Below are positions 9,702 through 19,664 of a DNA stretch of 64,000 bases, in pieces. The stretch is taken from positions 64,001 through 128,000 of IMG/VR virus record IMGVR_UViG_3300023184_008416; one strand, given 5' to 3'. Source of the DNA: a virus. The notes beneath the pieces were generated by a model. That model saw only the letters and a list, made by a program, of their open reading frames with translations, was not told where the DNA came from and made no database searches. How positions within the stretch are numbered: position 1 is the first letter of the stretch; each line of letters begins with the position of its first letter. The position numbers were made by a program, and so were the translations under genes.

Positions 9702-11132
9702 ATGGACTGTAGGTTATGCGACTTTCGACACGATGACGCAAAGAAGCTGACCAATCACATCAGATCCGAACATGGATTGTCTTCTGAGGACTACACGGTA
9801 AGGGTTTATCATGATGGAATAAAGCCTGTCTGTAGGGAATGTCAAGCTCCTGTTAGGTATGTTTCTTTCTCTTTCAAGGCTTTCTGTAAGGATCATTCGT
9901 ACCTTGCCATGAAGGAAGGTGGATCTCGTGGTGGAAAAGCAGGGGCGTGGAATCGGGGATTGACGAAGGAAACAAATTTACGTATTAAAGAACAATCACT
10001 TAAAATGACGGGAGTTGGTAATCATTTTTATGGTCGTCAACATTCTCGAGATGCCTTACAAAAAATTAGCTTAAGTAAGTTATTGACAACATCATCTTTG
10101 CAAGAAAGATTATTTTCAAGGCAAAAAGAATTCAAATTAGTAACCTCAATTGATGATTACAAATCAAGGCAAGATCAGTATCTGTCATTTGAGTGTTTGA
10201 TTTGTGGTGAGATACAACCCAAGACATTACAAGCCTTTGAAAGAGGTAGTAGGTGTTATCGTTGTTACCCGGTTGGTAAATCCAATTGGGAATTAGATGT
10301 ATTTTCTTATGTTCAGATAAATGTTCCAGATGCAGTATCAGGAGACAAGAAGATTATTTCTCCGAAGGAGATTGACATTTATGTTCCTTCCAAAAAATTT
10401 GGAATTGAATGTCACGGATTGTATTGGCACAGTGAAGGAGCCAAACAAGATGAAATCTTTGACAAGAACAAACATTTAGATAAGTTCGTGTTGGCTTCCA
10501 ACAAAGGAATAAAGTTATTGCAGATATTTGAGGATGAGTGGAGAGACAAGAGAGAGATCTGTGAATCTATGATTCTTCATCGTTTAGGATTGAGCCAGCA
10601 TCGATGTAAGACATGGTCAACAAAAGTTGCAGAGTTGAGTACGAAAGAGCAAAGAGACTTCTTTGATTCTACGCATATCTCGGGTTACGTTCCATCAAAG
10701 ATCGTATGGGGATTGAAAGACAGGACTGGCAAAGTTGTAGCAGGATTGTCGTTGCGTGTTCCTCGTCATGGTAAGAAGTATGAAAGTTTTTTGGAGATAG
10801 CTCGATTTAGTACTGCTTTAAAAACATCTGTTCCTGGTGGTTTGTCTAAGTTATTAAAACGAGCAAAATCTTGGTGTGTTGAAAATGGATACAAGGGTAT
10901 CATGACTTATGTGGATAAACGTGTGGGTGAAGGAAATGGTTACAAATCTGCAGGATTTAAGCTAAGTGGATCGACATCCGCCGATTATTGGTACACCGAT
11001 AATCATTTACGTTATGACAGATTTAAATTCCGCGCCCAAAACGGCAAATCAGAAAAACAAATTGTTTCTGATGCCAAAGTTTCCAGGATTTATGGTTGTG
11101 GATCGCTGGTATTAATTTGCGAAATTTTATGA
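9702..11132 (+). CDS. Hef-like putative homing endonuclease
   Basis: Zinc finger, then EIDIYVPSKKFGIECHGLYWH...IFEDEW nuclease motif, then C-terminal EIARF...GGLSKL...TYVDKR domain. Confidence 0.75.
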   Translation: MDCRLCDFRHDDAKKLTNHIRSEHGLSSEDYTVRVYHDGIKPVCRECQAPVRYVSFSFKAFCKDHSYLAMKEGGSRGGKAGAWNRGLTKETNLRIKEQSLKMTGVGNHFYGRQHSRDALQKISLSKLLTTSSLQERLFSRQKEFKLVTSIDDYKSRQDQYLSFECLICGEIQPKTLQAFERGSRCYRCYPVGKSNWELDVFSYVQINVPDAVSGDKKIISPKEIDIYVPSKKFGIECHGLYWHSEGAKQDEIFDKNKHLDKFVLASNKGIKLLQIFEDEWRDKREICESMILHRLGLSQHRCKTWSTKVAELSTKEQRDFFDSTHISGYVPSKIVWGLKDRTGKVVAGLSLRVPRHGKKYESFLEIARFSTALKTSVPGGLSKLLKRAKSWCVENGYKGIMTYVDKRVGEGNGYKSAGFKLSGSTSADYWYTDNHLRYDRFKFRAQNGKSEKQIVSDAKVSRIYGCGSLVLICEIL

Positions 11133-11223
11133 TACTTAATATTTTTATTTATGAATTACAATGACAAATTTATATTTATGAATTGATAACTTCACATTGA
11201 AGTTATGTATGAAGGAGAGCAAG

Positions 11224-11778
11224 ATGACGACTGTAAAAATTAATGATGTTGTTGGGTTACAGGTTTCTCAGGTGGGTTCTGGCGTCGAAATTTCAAGTCC
11301 GTTGTCTACAACGGGAAACGCCACGATTACAAGTGACCTGTCTGTTGGAGGAAACACCACTCTCAGCGGCACCTACCTCACGATGGCCGGCGTCACTCAG
11401 ACAGGCGACCGCCGTGCGATCATCGGGAGCGGTCTCGTACTCACTTCAGCAGAGAGCGGAGCCGTTCTCATACCTGGAGGGTCTGCTCAGACGTTCACGC
11501 TTCCTGCCCCCGCTCAAGGACTTCGCTTCAAGATGTATGCTGCCACCGCTGCAGCCCATAAGATCCAGGTTCCCGCCGGGTCCGCAAAGATCTACGGCAA
11601 TGCCATCAACACGAATAACGGAGCCGCCTCCGCGGCCGAAGGTCAACAGGTCACGGCTGCAATATCCGTTGCTTTCGGTGTTGCTTATCAGACAGGTGAT
11701 TTCATGGAAGTCGTCTGCAACGGCACCCACTGGTTCCTCCATGCGGTGACCAATGATCCGCTTACGATTGCAACATGA
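11224..11778 (+). CDS. Virion structural protein (decoration or fibre-like)
   Basis: AGGAG SD. Gly/Ala/Thr-rich with TFTLPAPAQGLRF...GDFMEVVCNGTHW. C-ending codon bias like the capsid gene. Confidence 0.6.
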   Translation: MTTVKINDVVGLQVSQVGSGVEISSPLSTTGNATITSDLSVGGNTTLSGTYLTMAGVTQTGDRRAIIGSGLVLTSAESGAVLIPGGSAQTFTLPAPAQGLRFKMYAATAAAHKIQVPAGSAKIYGNAINTNNGAASAAEGQQVTAAISVAFGVAYQTGDFMEVVCNGTHWFLHAVTNDPLTIAT

Positions 11779-11780
11779 TT

Positions 11781-11808
11781 TTGACTGTTGTAAAGATTGA
11801 AGTATAAT
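11781..11808 (+). promoter_or_regulatory. Sigma70-like promoter
   Basis: TTGACT-N16-TATAAT, ending 6 nt before the in-frame GTG at 11815. Confidence 0.6.
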
Positions 11809-11814
11809 GTTGTT

Positions 11815-12171
11815 GTGAAGCGTCGCAGACATGGTCAGGACAAGTTACTCAAGGATCGGTGTGAGGTTTGTGGGTATGACCGGTCTGCGGCGTTGAACGT
11901 TCATCACATCATTCCGCGGTGTGATCCTCGGTGTACCAATAACAACGAGAATTTGGCGGTATTGTGTCATTCGTGCCATGACCTGGTACATGCCGGTGAG
12001 ATCACGATAATAGGTGTGTATTCATCTACGGCCGGTAGAAAATTATTGTGGTTTAAAGAAGGGGAAATACCTCCAATAGAAAAAGAATTTTGGTTGGTCA
12101 AGGAGAATCCACTGGTGATACGAGGTAAAGTCACGCCGCACCGGTCAGATCGTGGTGAAAATAATTTATAA
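11815..12171 (+). CDS. HNH endonuclease
   Basis: CEVCG...VHHIIP...NNNENLAVLCHSCHDLVH. Start placed at the GTG downstream of the promoter; the ORF track starts it at 11797. Confidence 0.8.
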   Translation: MKRRRHGQDKLLKDRCEVCGYDRSAALNVHHIIPRCDPRCTNNNENLAVLCHSCHDLVHAGEITIIGVYSSTAGRKLLWFKEGEIPPIEKEFWLVKENPLVIRGKVTPHRSDRGENNL

Positions 12172-12223
12172 ATTCGTTGTTGATTTTGTCTAGATTCGCC
12201 TACCTAATTTTAGGAGGTGGATT

Positions 12224-12436
12224 ATGGATCCCGTCCTTAAACCAACGTCTGTTGGTTCAATGTTGTTTCAATTGAAGTCTGAGTTAGAGGTTATCTCTCG
12301 GTCTGTGCAGGTGTGGAGGCAGATGGGAGTGAATGGCACTGGGTTGATGCCCATATCTGTTTTGCCGATGGAGGCAAAATTGAACAAGGTGATTTCTGAG
12401 ATTGATGAAATGATACGTCTTGTTTCTAAGATATGA
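12224..12436 (+). CDS. Hypothetical protein
   Basis: Strong AGGAGGTG SD, 70 aa. Confidence 0.65.
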   Translation: MDPVLKPTSVGSMLFQLKSELEVISRSVQVWRQMGVNGTGLMPISVLPMEAKLNKVISEIDEMIRLVSKI

Positions 12437-12474
12437 TCTGTGGATAATTTGATATTCTTTTAATAATTAGAATA

Positions 12475-12846
12475 GTGTCAAAGCGCAGCAAACAAGACGT
12501 TTTATTGCAAGACCTAGAATCTCAGATTCTGTTGCGTCAAGTTATACGTGAGCAGATTGTTACCTTGTCAGAAATTAAAGGGAAAATACGACCAATTGAT
12601 CCAAAACAAAAACCAGGATTTGAACAATTGGACGTCAATCCAAAAACGTTCGATGCTAAAAAGTTGGCTATGATATTAGGGTTTCCAACGTCCAAGATTG
12701 ATTCAATAACCAAAAAAGCAGAACAGGGTTCAAAAAGATCTCCTGATGACAATGCTCTTTATGCTGATTTGTTGATTAAGGCGATTGAATCACCTAAAGT
12801 TCTTTCGCAAGTTATGGCTATTTTTAAAAAGGTTAAACCGTTTTAA
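12475..12846 (+). CDS. Hypothetical protein
   Basis: 123 aa, contains the LLRQVIREQIVTLSE motif. Confidence 0.6.
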   Translation: MSKRSKQDVLLQDLESQILLRQVIREQIVTLSEIKGKIRPIDPKQKPGFEQLDVNPKTFDAKKLAMILGFPTSKIDSITKKAEQGSKRSPDDNALYADLLIKAIESPKVLSQVMAIFKKVKPF

Positions 12847-13005
12847 TAACAGTTAAAGTTAATTCATTTATTGAATGTTGTTGTAGAATGACCGGAATTG
12901 TCCTATATAATTTGGACACGGCGTTCAATGAGTTTACATATTAATTTAGGTTTGTCAAACATCTTTTATTGTATCCCGTTATTGGGTATAATGGTGGGTT
13001 GAGAC

Positions 13006-14388
13006 ATGGTAGCCAAACGGATAATAGATGACCACACGGAGTTGGTTAATATTGGTACGCTTGGTCACGATCAATTGGATTCCGTCGTCAATGATACACC
13101 ATTTTTGGTGTTGTCAGGATCGAATTCTGATTTAGCTTCGAGCTCTCGTAGACTGGTTGCGGGTAGCGGGATCACCTTACAAGATTCAGGGCCTGCTGGT
13201 GATTTAACAATAACTGCAGACGTTACAGGCAGCAATTATACTTTTGAAAATGATTTGACAGTGTCTTTGTCGGGAGGAAGATCTTTTGGAAGGTATGCAT
13301 CTGGTGAAAAAATACCAGCTCAGGGCAAGACGCCTGCTGAGGTCATTTTACTTGCGATAGCAGAGCCCATTGATCCGACAATTTCCTTGACTACGCCAAC
13401 CTCAATTCCCTTTAATCAAACGTCTATCAATAATGTTCTTAATTTTAGTTATACGATAAACAGCCTTGGTGCTTCTGTGGCGAGTGTTGTCTTAGAGTGG
13501 AGAAGAAATAATTCTGGCAATTGGACGACCTTGTCTGTTGACAGCAATTTGTTGACATATATGCATGTAACAGTTGATACAAATTACAACTCTCAATCTT
13601 TTAATTACCGTTATACCGTAATTGATACCTTGGGAGCTACTTCAATTGGGACATTGGACATAACACCCCAAAGTTATGTGGCACCGTCCGTGTCGCTCTT
13701 GTTGTCAGAAATTGTTTCTGGGGGAGTTACCGGAGAATCTACTTATAAGAGGGAAAAGGGAAATATAAATTCTACTCTGAGTGGAACTGTGACAAGAAAC
13801 AGCGTCAACATTCCAGTGACAAGTTATTCTGTGCAATATCAGGTTAATGGTTCAGGATCTTGGAATGACGTTCCAGGATTATCCAGCGTTGTTGTGGCTG
13901 GCAATCCATCGTCAGTTTCGATTCCTTTGACAACACATACAGACGAAAATCTTAAGACATCCGCAAGCCTGTCTTATAGAGTTCTTGTAGTTGATGAGTA
14001 TCAGACACACATTTCCAGTTTTGTGACAGGTGGTAATACCACAATTAATTTTCTTAACGTTGTTTTTTATTCTCCCACATCTTCTGTCCCGTCTGTCTCG
14101 TCTGATGTTAGATCCTTGTCTAACAAAATCTTTACAGACGGCACAAATCCATTCATTTTAAATACAGGTAACGTGGACAGGAATTTTTCTGTTGCTGTTC
14201 CTTCGAATCTTTCAATTACTAATGTCGTCGATATTGATGCACTGAACGCGGATATTACGTCGAATTATGTTCAGTCTACATTTAACGTTAATGATGCCGG
14301 AGGATCATCGGTCACTTATCACGTATATACTTTGACGAATGCCATACCTTATGGAGCCAATCACAGGCACCAGGTGACAAGGGGATAG
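13006..14388 (+). CDS. Virion structural protein with probable Ig/FN3-like beta domains
   Basis: Ser/Thr/Val-rich, with repeated W...YRY/YRV strand patterns and an N-terminal LVAGSGITL fibre-like motif. Confidence 0.6.
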   Translation: MVAKRIIDDHTELVNIGTLGHDQLDSVVNDTPFLVLSGSNSDLASSSRRLVAGSGITLQDSGPAGDLTITADVTGSNYTFENDLTVSLSGGRSFGRYASGEKIPAQGKTPAEVILLAIAEPIDPTISLTTPTSIPFNQTSINNVLNFSYTINSLGASVASVVLEWRRNNSGNWTTLSVDSNLLTYMHVTVDTNYNSQSFNYRYTVIDTLGATSIGTLDITPQSYVAPSVSLLLSEIVSGGVTGESTYKREKGNINSTLSGTVTRNSVNIPVTSYSVQYQVNGSGSWNDVPGLSSVVVAGNPSSVSIPLTTHTDENLKTSASLSYRVLVVDEYQTHISSFVTGGNTTINFLNVVFYSPTSSVPSVSSDVRSLSNKIFTDGTNPFILNTGNVDRNFSVAVPSNLSITNVVDIDALNADITSNYVQSTFNVNDAGGSSVTYHVYTLTNAIPYGANHRHQVTRG

Positions 14389-14400
14389 TGGGTTGATATC

Positions 14401-16611
14401 ATGGCGTTGACACCAGGCTTACAGTTACCTTTTGGAATTCAACCGGTTAATCCGGTGCCGGTTGACGCCTGGTCGGGACCGTATTCGGGTGTCGATGAGA
14501 GTTCTGCAATATCTTTAGCAAATTCATTGATTCCGTTGGGCATCAGGTTCCAATCGATGGAAGTTCGTCTCATTATGGGGGGAACTTCTCGTAAATATTG
14601 GTATCGCGATGGAGTTACCGATTCCGATCTCGTAGAGTTTTCAGGAGGTGGGGTTGGCTCGCAAGGAGCACAAGGCAGTCAAGGTTCTTCGGGACCGCAA
14701 GGCCCTCAGGGCGTAGCAGGTCAGCAAGGAAGTATTGGATCTCAAGGAGACAGTGGACCACAGGGTGTAACGGGTCTTCAAGGTGCGCAAGGTGTAACAG
14801 GACTTCAGGGTAAAGATGGATACCAGGGTTTCCAGGGAGACGTAGGTCCACAAGGGTTTCAAGGTGCGACGGGAAGTCAAGGTATAGCAGGTCCTCAGGG
14901 AGATGTTGGATACCAAGGGTTTCAAGGATCCAAGGGAAATACTGGTAAAGGATTTGTAATTTCTAAGGTTTACAATTCTGACGCCGAGAGGTTGTCTGCA
15001 ATTGGCATTGATCTTCCCGGCGATGGTGAGTTTGGGTTGGTGGCAGGAACTTTGCCTCAAGCTGATCCAGATTATGGCAAATTATATCTTTACACTGTTG
15101 CCAACGGATGGTCATATGAAACAGACTTGTCTGTTCAGGGAATTCAAGGACCGCAAGGTGAAACTGGTTTACAGGGAACTGTTGGGTTACAAGGATCAAT
15201 TGGTCCACAAGGTGTAGCCGGATCATGGGGAGACGTAGGTCCACAAGGATTTCAAGGAAGTGTAGGATCACAAGGTCCTCAGGGTGAAAAGGGCGCTCAA
15301 GGTTTGCAGGGGTTGTCGGGAGGTGTTTCAACCATCATAGCCGGCAAGGGTCTTAGTGTAGTGACGGGATCAAATGGTGAAGTCACTATAAATTTGATTT
15401 CATCTGGAAGTAACGGTGCAGGAGATTGTCCTTCAGAGTCGTTATTTGAACGTCGTCAACAAGTCGTTGCGTCTTCGTCTGTTGCGGGCGATGACGTAGA
15501 TCTTGGTTTTGTTATTGATCCTGTAAAAATGTCGCAGGGTCGCATAAACATTTATCTTAATGGCGTGTTGCAACGTTTAGGTAATCAATACGACGTTTAT
15601 GCAGGATCCGTGTCTTCTGCACTGAAATTTAATCGTGATTTGTCCATGGGTGATTTAATCACTGTACATGTCGACCCGGGAACGTCGGCTGATCTTGTTC
15701 TGTTCCAACGAGAGTATTACATCGTAGATACTTTCTATGGTCCTGACGCCAACATTGAGTTAGGTTTTATCATTGATAGTAACAATTTCAGCAATGGAAG
15801 AATCAACGTTTATTTGAACGGCGTCTTACAACGATCAGGAATTGATAATGATGTTTACCTTGGAATGACAGCGACCTCTTTGAGGTTTAACTCATCCCTA
15901 GAGGTGGGCGATGTTATTACTGTTTATTCAGACAATTGTATTACCTTGATGCCGTATCCTTACTCGTCTATTGAGAGGAACTACGCTGCGATCGTTTCCT
16001 TTTATGATCCAGGTGACGATGTTGAGTTGGGATTCTCCATCGATCCTCATAAATTTGAGAAGGATTTGATCAGCGTTTACCTTAACGGCATTCTTTTAAG
16101 GCCAGGCCAAGATCACGATTTTTATCTGGGTTCTACGATAACCTCATTGAGATTCACTCGTGGCATTGATGTCGGTGATGTCATATTTGTTCAGGTAGAT
16201 CACAGCGACGGATTGAGCAATTTTGCGTCAATGTCTGGCGATAATTTATTTTTTGGCAACAACATTTTTGCCGCCGGTCTGTCAGGATCACTACAGTCCC
16301 TTGCTAACGGAGATCCGTATTTGGTGTCCGGTCAAGGCATAAACATTGTCACCGGATCTTCGGGACAAATTGTTGTTTCATCTAGACAGATGTTTCAATG
16401 GAATGAGAAGCCCAATGGAAACATTGATGGAGCAAATGACACGTTTAAACTGTTGTTTTCGCCATCGCCTCCGGAATCTTTGATGGTGTTTCGAGATGGA
16501 TTGTTATTAGATTCCGACCTCGGCGATTATGCTATTGTTGGTGACACAATAACATTACCCGTCCCACCCCCCGTTGGAACACGGATTAAGGTTTCTTATC
16601 CTCACGAATGA
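14401..16611 (+). CDS. Collagen-like fibre protein
   Basis: Two G-X-Q triplet blocks followed by three ~85 aa repeats, each containing (I/V)YLNG(V/I)L. Confidence 0.85.
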   Translation: MALTPGLQLPFGIQPVNPVPVDAWSGPYSGVDESSAISLANSLIPLGIRFQSMEVRLIMGGTSRKYWYRDGVTDSDLVEFSGGGVGSQGAQGSQGSSGPQGPQGVAGQQGSIGSQGDSGPQGVTGLQGAQGVTGLQGKDGYQGFQGDVGPQGFQGATGSQGIAGPQGDVGYQGFQGSKGNTGKGFVISKVYNSDAERLSAIGIDLPGDGEFGLVAGTLPQADPDYGKLYLYTVANGWSYETDLSVQGIQGPQGETGLQGTVGLQGSIGPQGVAGSWGDVGPQGFQGSVGSQGPQGEKGAQGLQGLSGGVSTIIAGKGLSVVTGSNGEVTINLISSGSNGAGDCPSESLFERRQQVVASSSVAGDDVDLGFVIDPVKMSQGRINIYLNGVLQRLGNQYDVYAGSVSSALKFNRDLSMGDLITVHVDPGTSADLVLFQREYYIVDTFYGPDANIELGFIIDSNNFSNGRINVYLNGVLQRSGIDNDVYLGMTATSLRFNSSLEVGDVITVYSDNCITLMPYPYSSIERNYAAIVSFYDPGDDVELGFSIDPHKFEKDLISVYLNGILLRPGQDHDFYLGSTITSLRFTRGIDVGDVIFVQVDHSDGLSNFASMSGDNLFFGNNIFAAGLSGSLQSLANGDPYLVSGQGINIVTGSSGQIVVSSRQMFQWNEKPNGNIDGANDTFKLLFSPSPPESLMVFRDGLLLDSDLGDYAIVGDTITLPVPPPVGTRIKVSYPHE
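14655..15315 (+). repeat. Collagen Gly-X-Y repeats in two blocks
   Basis: GSQGAQGSQG...GPQGFQG runs interrupted by a ~60 aa non-repetitive segment. Confidence 0.9.
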
Positions 16612-16613
16612 TC

Positions 16614-17282
16614 TCAGAATTTTTTCTTGCGACCTCTTTTGGATTTTATTGTCTCTTCAACAACAAATTTTTCTTTTGACTTCTTGCGCCTTTGCATGAG
16701 GTCCATAGCAGCTTGTCCTGTTCTGGAGTGTGGATTTTTGTCAGGACGAATCTTTGATTCTTCTACACTTGGACCGTCTTCTGTGATGTTAGGTACTTCG
16801 ACGGGTTGTGAGACCGATGGTTCTTCCCACGTTACTTCTATAGACTCGGCTGTCACATTTTCTGTTGTTTCATCTTCTACTCTTAATTTTTCGATCTCAC
16901 TTTTTTTACTGTCAATTAGGACGCTTAATTTTGTTGTCCTGTTTTTGATGCCCAAGATTTCACCTAATCTTACGTGATGAAGCTTGTCCGCCTCTGACGA
17001 AAAATCTTTTACAAATTTTAAGATATTTCCAGTCGCTGAAACCAATAAAGTTGTCACGGCGGGCTGAATTTTTTCAGCTCTTTCTAGGGCTGCTACTTCT
17101 TCTTTTTGTTTTTTTATGTAATCTTCTACTTTATTGGTCGCCTCTTTCGCCCCCAGCGCATATCCTTCTATTTGTTTTATGTTAGACTCTAGAGCAACAA
17201 GTTCTTGTGAAGTTGTTAGAAGTAGTGTGTCTAAAATTTCTATTTGTGAGGTGAGAGATTCAATCTTTTTTTCGTTTTTCAT
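16614..17282 (-). CDS. Hypothetical coiled-coil protein
   Basis: 222 aa with a heptad-like N-terminal half and a basic C-terminus. Confidence 0.7.
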   Translation of the reverse strand: MKNEKKIESLTSQIEILDTLLLTTSQELVALESNIKQIEGYALGAKEATNKVEDYIKKQKEEVAALERAEKIQPAVTTLLVSATGNILKFVKDFSSEADKLHHVRLGEILGIKNRTTKLSVLIDSKKSEIEKLRVEDETTENVTAESIEVTWEEPSVSQPVEVPNITEDGPSVEESKIRPDKNPHSRTGQAAMDLMQRRKKSKEKFVVEETIKSKRGRKKKF

Positions 17283-17289
17283 GATTAAT

Positions 17290-17326
17290 AAATAAAACCG
17301 CGGGGTGGAAAAATTCCACCCCGCGG
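17290..17326 (-). terminator. Rho-independent terminator
   Basis: Perfect 13 bp stem CCGCGGGGTGGAA-AAA-TTCCACCCCGCGG with a T-tract on the minus strand, just after the 17368-19464 gene. Confidence 0.85.
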
Positions 17327-17367
17327 CACTTATTTTACGTTATTGTTACTGTTTATTGATGACAATA

Positions 17368-19464
17368 TCAGGCTGCGTCACGAATGAGGAAGGTCACCTT
17401 GTCACCAGCCTGGAAGGAGAATCCGACCAGGTCGATCTGCTTGCCTTGGCTGTCGGCATTGTTTCCAATGGAATAATCATCGCCAGCCGTGAGGAGAACG
17501 CCATTGAGATAAACGTCCATGTCTTTCTCTGCGTCGTAGTCTGCACGAAGCTTACCGACAGAAGAGAAGTCAAGGGAGCTTGCGCCGTCAGTGGCTGCAA
17601 TGCTGCCCTTCTTGAGATGACCACCCGAAGCTGCTGACAAGATAGCACCGATGATGCTCTTGTCGGCGCCAAATTCCGCCTCGAAGGCAGCTTGATCGCC
17701 CGCAATCGCAAGGCTGAACTCAGAGCCGTTGGCCTTGAGCATCATGTCACCATCTGCTTGAAGTTCGAGCTTATTGCCGCGGATGGCTGCGAGTTTGACT
17801 GCAGCATCAGAAGCATTCCACTCGATTCTACCCTCTTCGCGTCCTTCTTGCGCACTTAGCTTGACACCGGCCATCCAGGAGCTAACGAGATCGATGCCGG
17901 CCATCGTTCCGTCACCATCTGAACCACGGTCGCCCTTGCCGAAGACGACTTCGCCTACGTTACCGTGCTGTCCGACGACGAGGTCCAGGTTCGCTCCCGC
18001 TCCATCGACGAGAACGATACCGGAGTCGACCGCCGAGCCCACGTTCGCGAGGATGACGAATGCATCTTGAACGCGCATGTTGGTGGTGTCGATGTATGTC
18101 AGATCGCCTTTGACGTTGAGGTTGCCGAGAACTTCAACGTTCTTTTTGAAGCTCACGTTACGTGCATCATCCTCGTCACCGATGGACGCAAAGACTTGAC
18201 CACCAGTTTCCTTGAGATCCGCTCCGTTGAACTTGACTGCGGCAGCGTGAAGCTCGAGTTCACCAGCAGTTTCGCTGGAAACGTAAATGCCGTGGGAGAG
18301 ATCAATCTTTCCGCCAGCAACTTCGAGGTCGTCTGCCAAGTAAAGTTTACCGGCAGAGCTGACAGTTGCTTTATCGCTGTAGAAATTAACTTCTTCAGAG
18401 GTGTAGGTCATGTTCTCGCTGTCAACGATGTCATTGTCAGCACCTGCAAAGGCAATGTGGGTTGGTGTGAGGCTGTTGATTATGAGCTTGGCAGTCGAGC
18501 CGACAGTGACGTTTTTTTGGAATTCTGCTGTTTCTTTGGCAGTCAATGCACCGTCGATCTCGAGGGTTGAGCCAACAACAACTGCACCCTCAGAATCGAC
18601 CGTGAAGTCTCCATCTGCGAGGCTGACAGAACCATCAGCAGCGATTGATGCTTTTGTCCCGACAGTGACGTCGCCAGCAGCATAAACTGCACCACTAGAG
18701 CTGACCGTGAAGTCACCATCTGCAAGTTTTGCAGATCCATCACCTCTGATAGCAACTTTGCTGCCGCCTACAGAGAGGTCTGAACCATCAAATGCCAATC
18801 CGGCAGAGTTTGTCATGACAAGTTTGTCATTGACATCAACGTATGGGATTGCGTTGGTGTCAGATCCGTCGATCTGGACAGCTCCGCCGAACTCTGCATC
18901 GCCATTTGACTTGAAAGATGCGACGGTTGCTTTTCCGTCCACATCTAACGTGCCACGTGCATAGACGTCACCAGAAGCCGCGGCCACAGTGAAGTTAGAA
19001 GGACCACCAGCAGCGCTCTTGATGCTCATGTCTGCGCCAGAGAGTTCAAGTGAATCGCCATCAACTTCCATTCCACCGGAGGTGACGTTTACCTTTGCAT
19101 CAAAAGTGGATACTCCCATCGCGTGGAGAGTTCCACTGAAAATCAAGTGACCTTCAAATTCTGCATCACCGTGCACCCTGACTAGTGATTCAAAGATTGC
19201 ATCGCCTGTTGTTGTTAATTTGCCCTGAATCTCTGCGTCCTCTCCATCGACGTGCAATGCTGTGTAGATATCGGAGAGATTTTGAGTGATAGCATGGAGA
19301 TATGATGCTTCACCGGTGACGGCTCTCATCTGCGTGCGAAGTTTGTTGAGCTCGTCGCCGAGCGATCCACCTGCGATCGCAAGATCGGAATTGGACAAGT
19401 CGTCATGAACGTCAGATGAGTGCGATCCACTTATTTGGGATTGTTGAATCATTGTTTTAGCCAT
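17368..19464 (-). CDS. Fibre-like virion protein
   Basis: 698 aa, Gly/Asp/Ala-rich with short beta repeats (DGSAKLADGDFTV / DGSVSLADGDFTV) and a C-terminal VYLNGVLL domain. Confidence 0.7.
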   Translation of the reverse strand: MAKTMIQQSQISGSHSSDVHDDLSNSDLAIAGGSLGDELNKLRTQMRAVTGEASYLHAITQNLSDIYTALHVDGEDAEIQGKLTTTGDAIFESLVRVHGDAEFEGHLIFSGTLHAMGVSTFDAKVNVTSGGMEVDGDSLELSGADMSIKSAAGGPSNFTVAAASGDVYARGTLDVDGKATVASFKSNGDAEFGGAVQIDGSDTNAIPYVDVNDKLVMTNSAGLAFDGSDLSVGGSKVAIRGDGSAKLADGDFTVSSSGAVYAAGDVTVGTKASIAADGSVSLADGDFTVDSEGAVVVGSTLEIDGALTAKETAEFQKNVTVGSTAKLIINSLTPTHIAFAGADNDIVDSENMTYTSEEVNFYSDKATVSSAGKLYLADDLEVAGGKIDLSHGIYVSSETAGELELHAAAVKFNGADLKETGGQVFASIGDEDDARNVSFKKNVEVLGNLNVKGDLTYIDTTNMRVQDAFVILANVGSAVDSGIVLVDGAGANLDLVVGQHGNVGEVVFGKGDRGSDGDGTMAGIDLVSSWMAGVKLSAQEGREEGRIEWNASDAAVKLAAIRGNKLELQADGDMMLKANGSEFSLAIAGDQAAFEAEFGADKSIIGAILSAASGGHLKKGSIAATDGASSLDFSSVGKLRADYDAEKDMDVYLNGVLLTAGDDYSIGNNADSQGKQIDLVGFSFQAGDKVTFLIRDAA

Positions 19465-19620
19465 AGTTTCCTACCTTTTTCCTGTTGGAAAATAGTTGTT
19501 AGTTAATTAACCGGTACGTGTGCAAAGTCCTGCACCTGTGCGTAATATTGCACACAATATATAACTATAATCATTAACGATTATTGAAGAGGTTTTTTGC
19601 AAAAATTTTTACAAAATTTT

Positions 19621-19649
19621 TTGACAGTTTTGCCTGAGGAAAGTACTAT
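19621..19649 (+). promoter_or_regulatory. Sigma70-like promoter
   Basis: TTGACA-N17-TACTAT upstream of ATG 19665. Confidence 0.7.
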
Positions 19650-19664
19650 TTATTGTTTGACACC

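Noticed and set aside
19518-19555. Inverted repeat GTGTGCAA...TTGCACAC in the divergent intergenic region
   Set aside because: A single 8 bp arm pair with no second copy found, which is insufficient to call an operator or inversion site.
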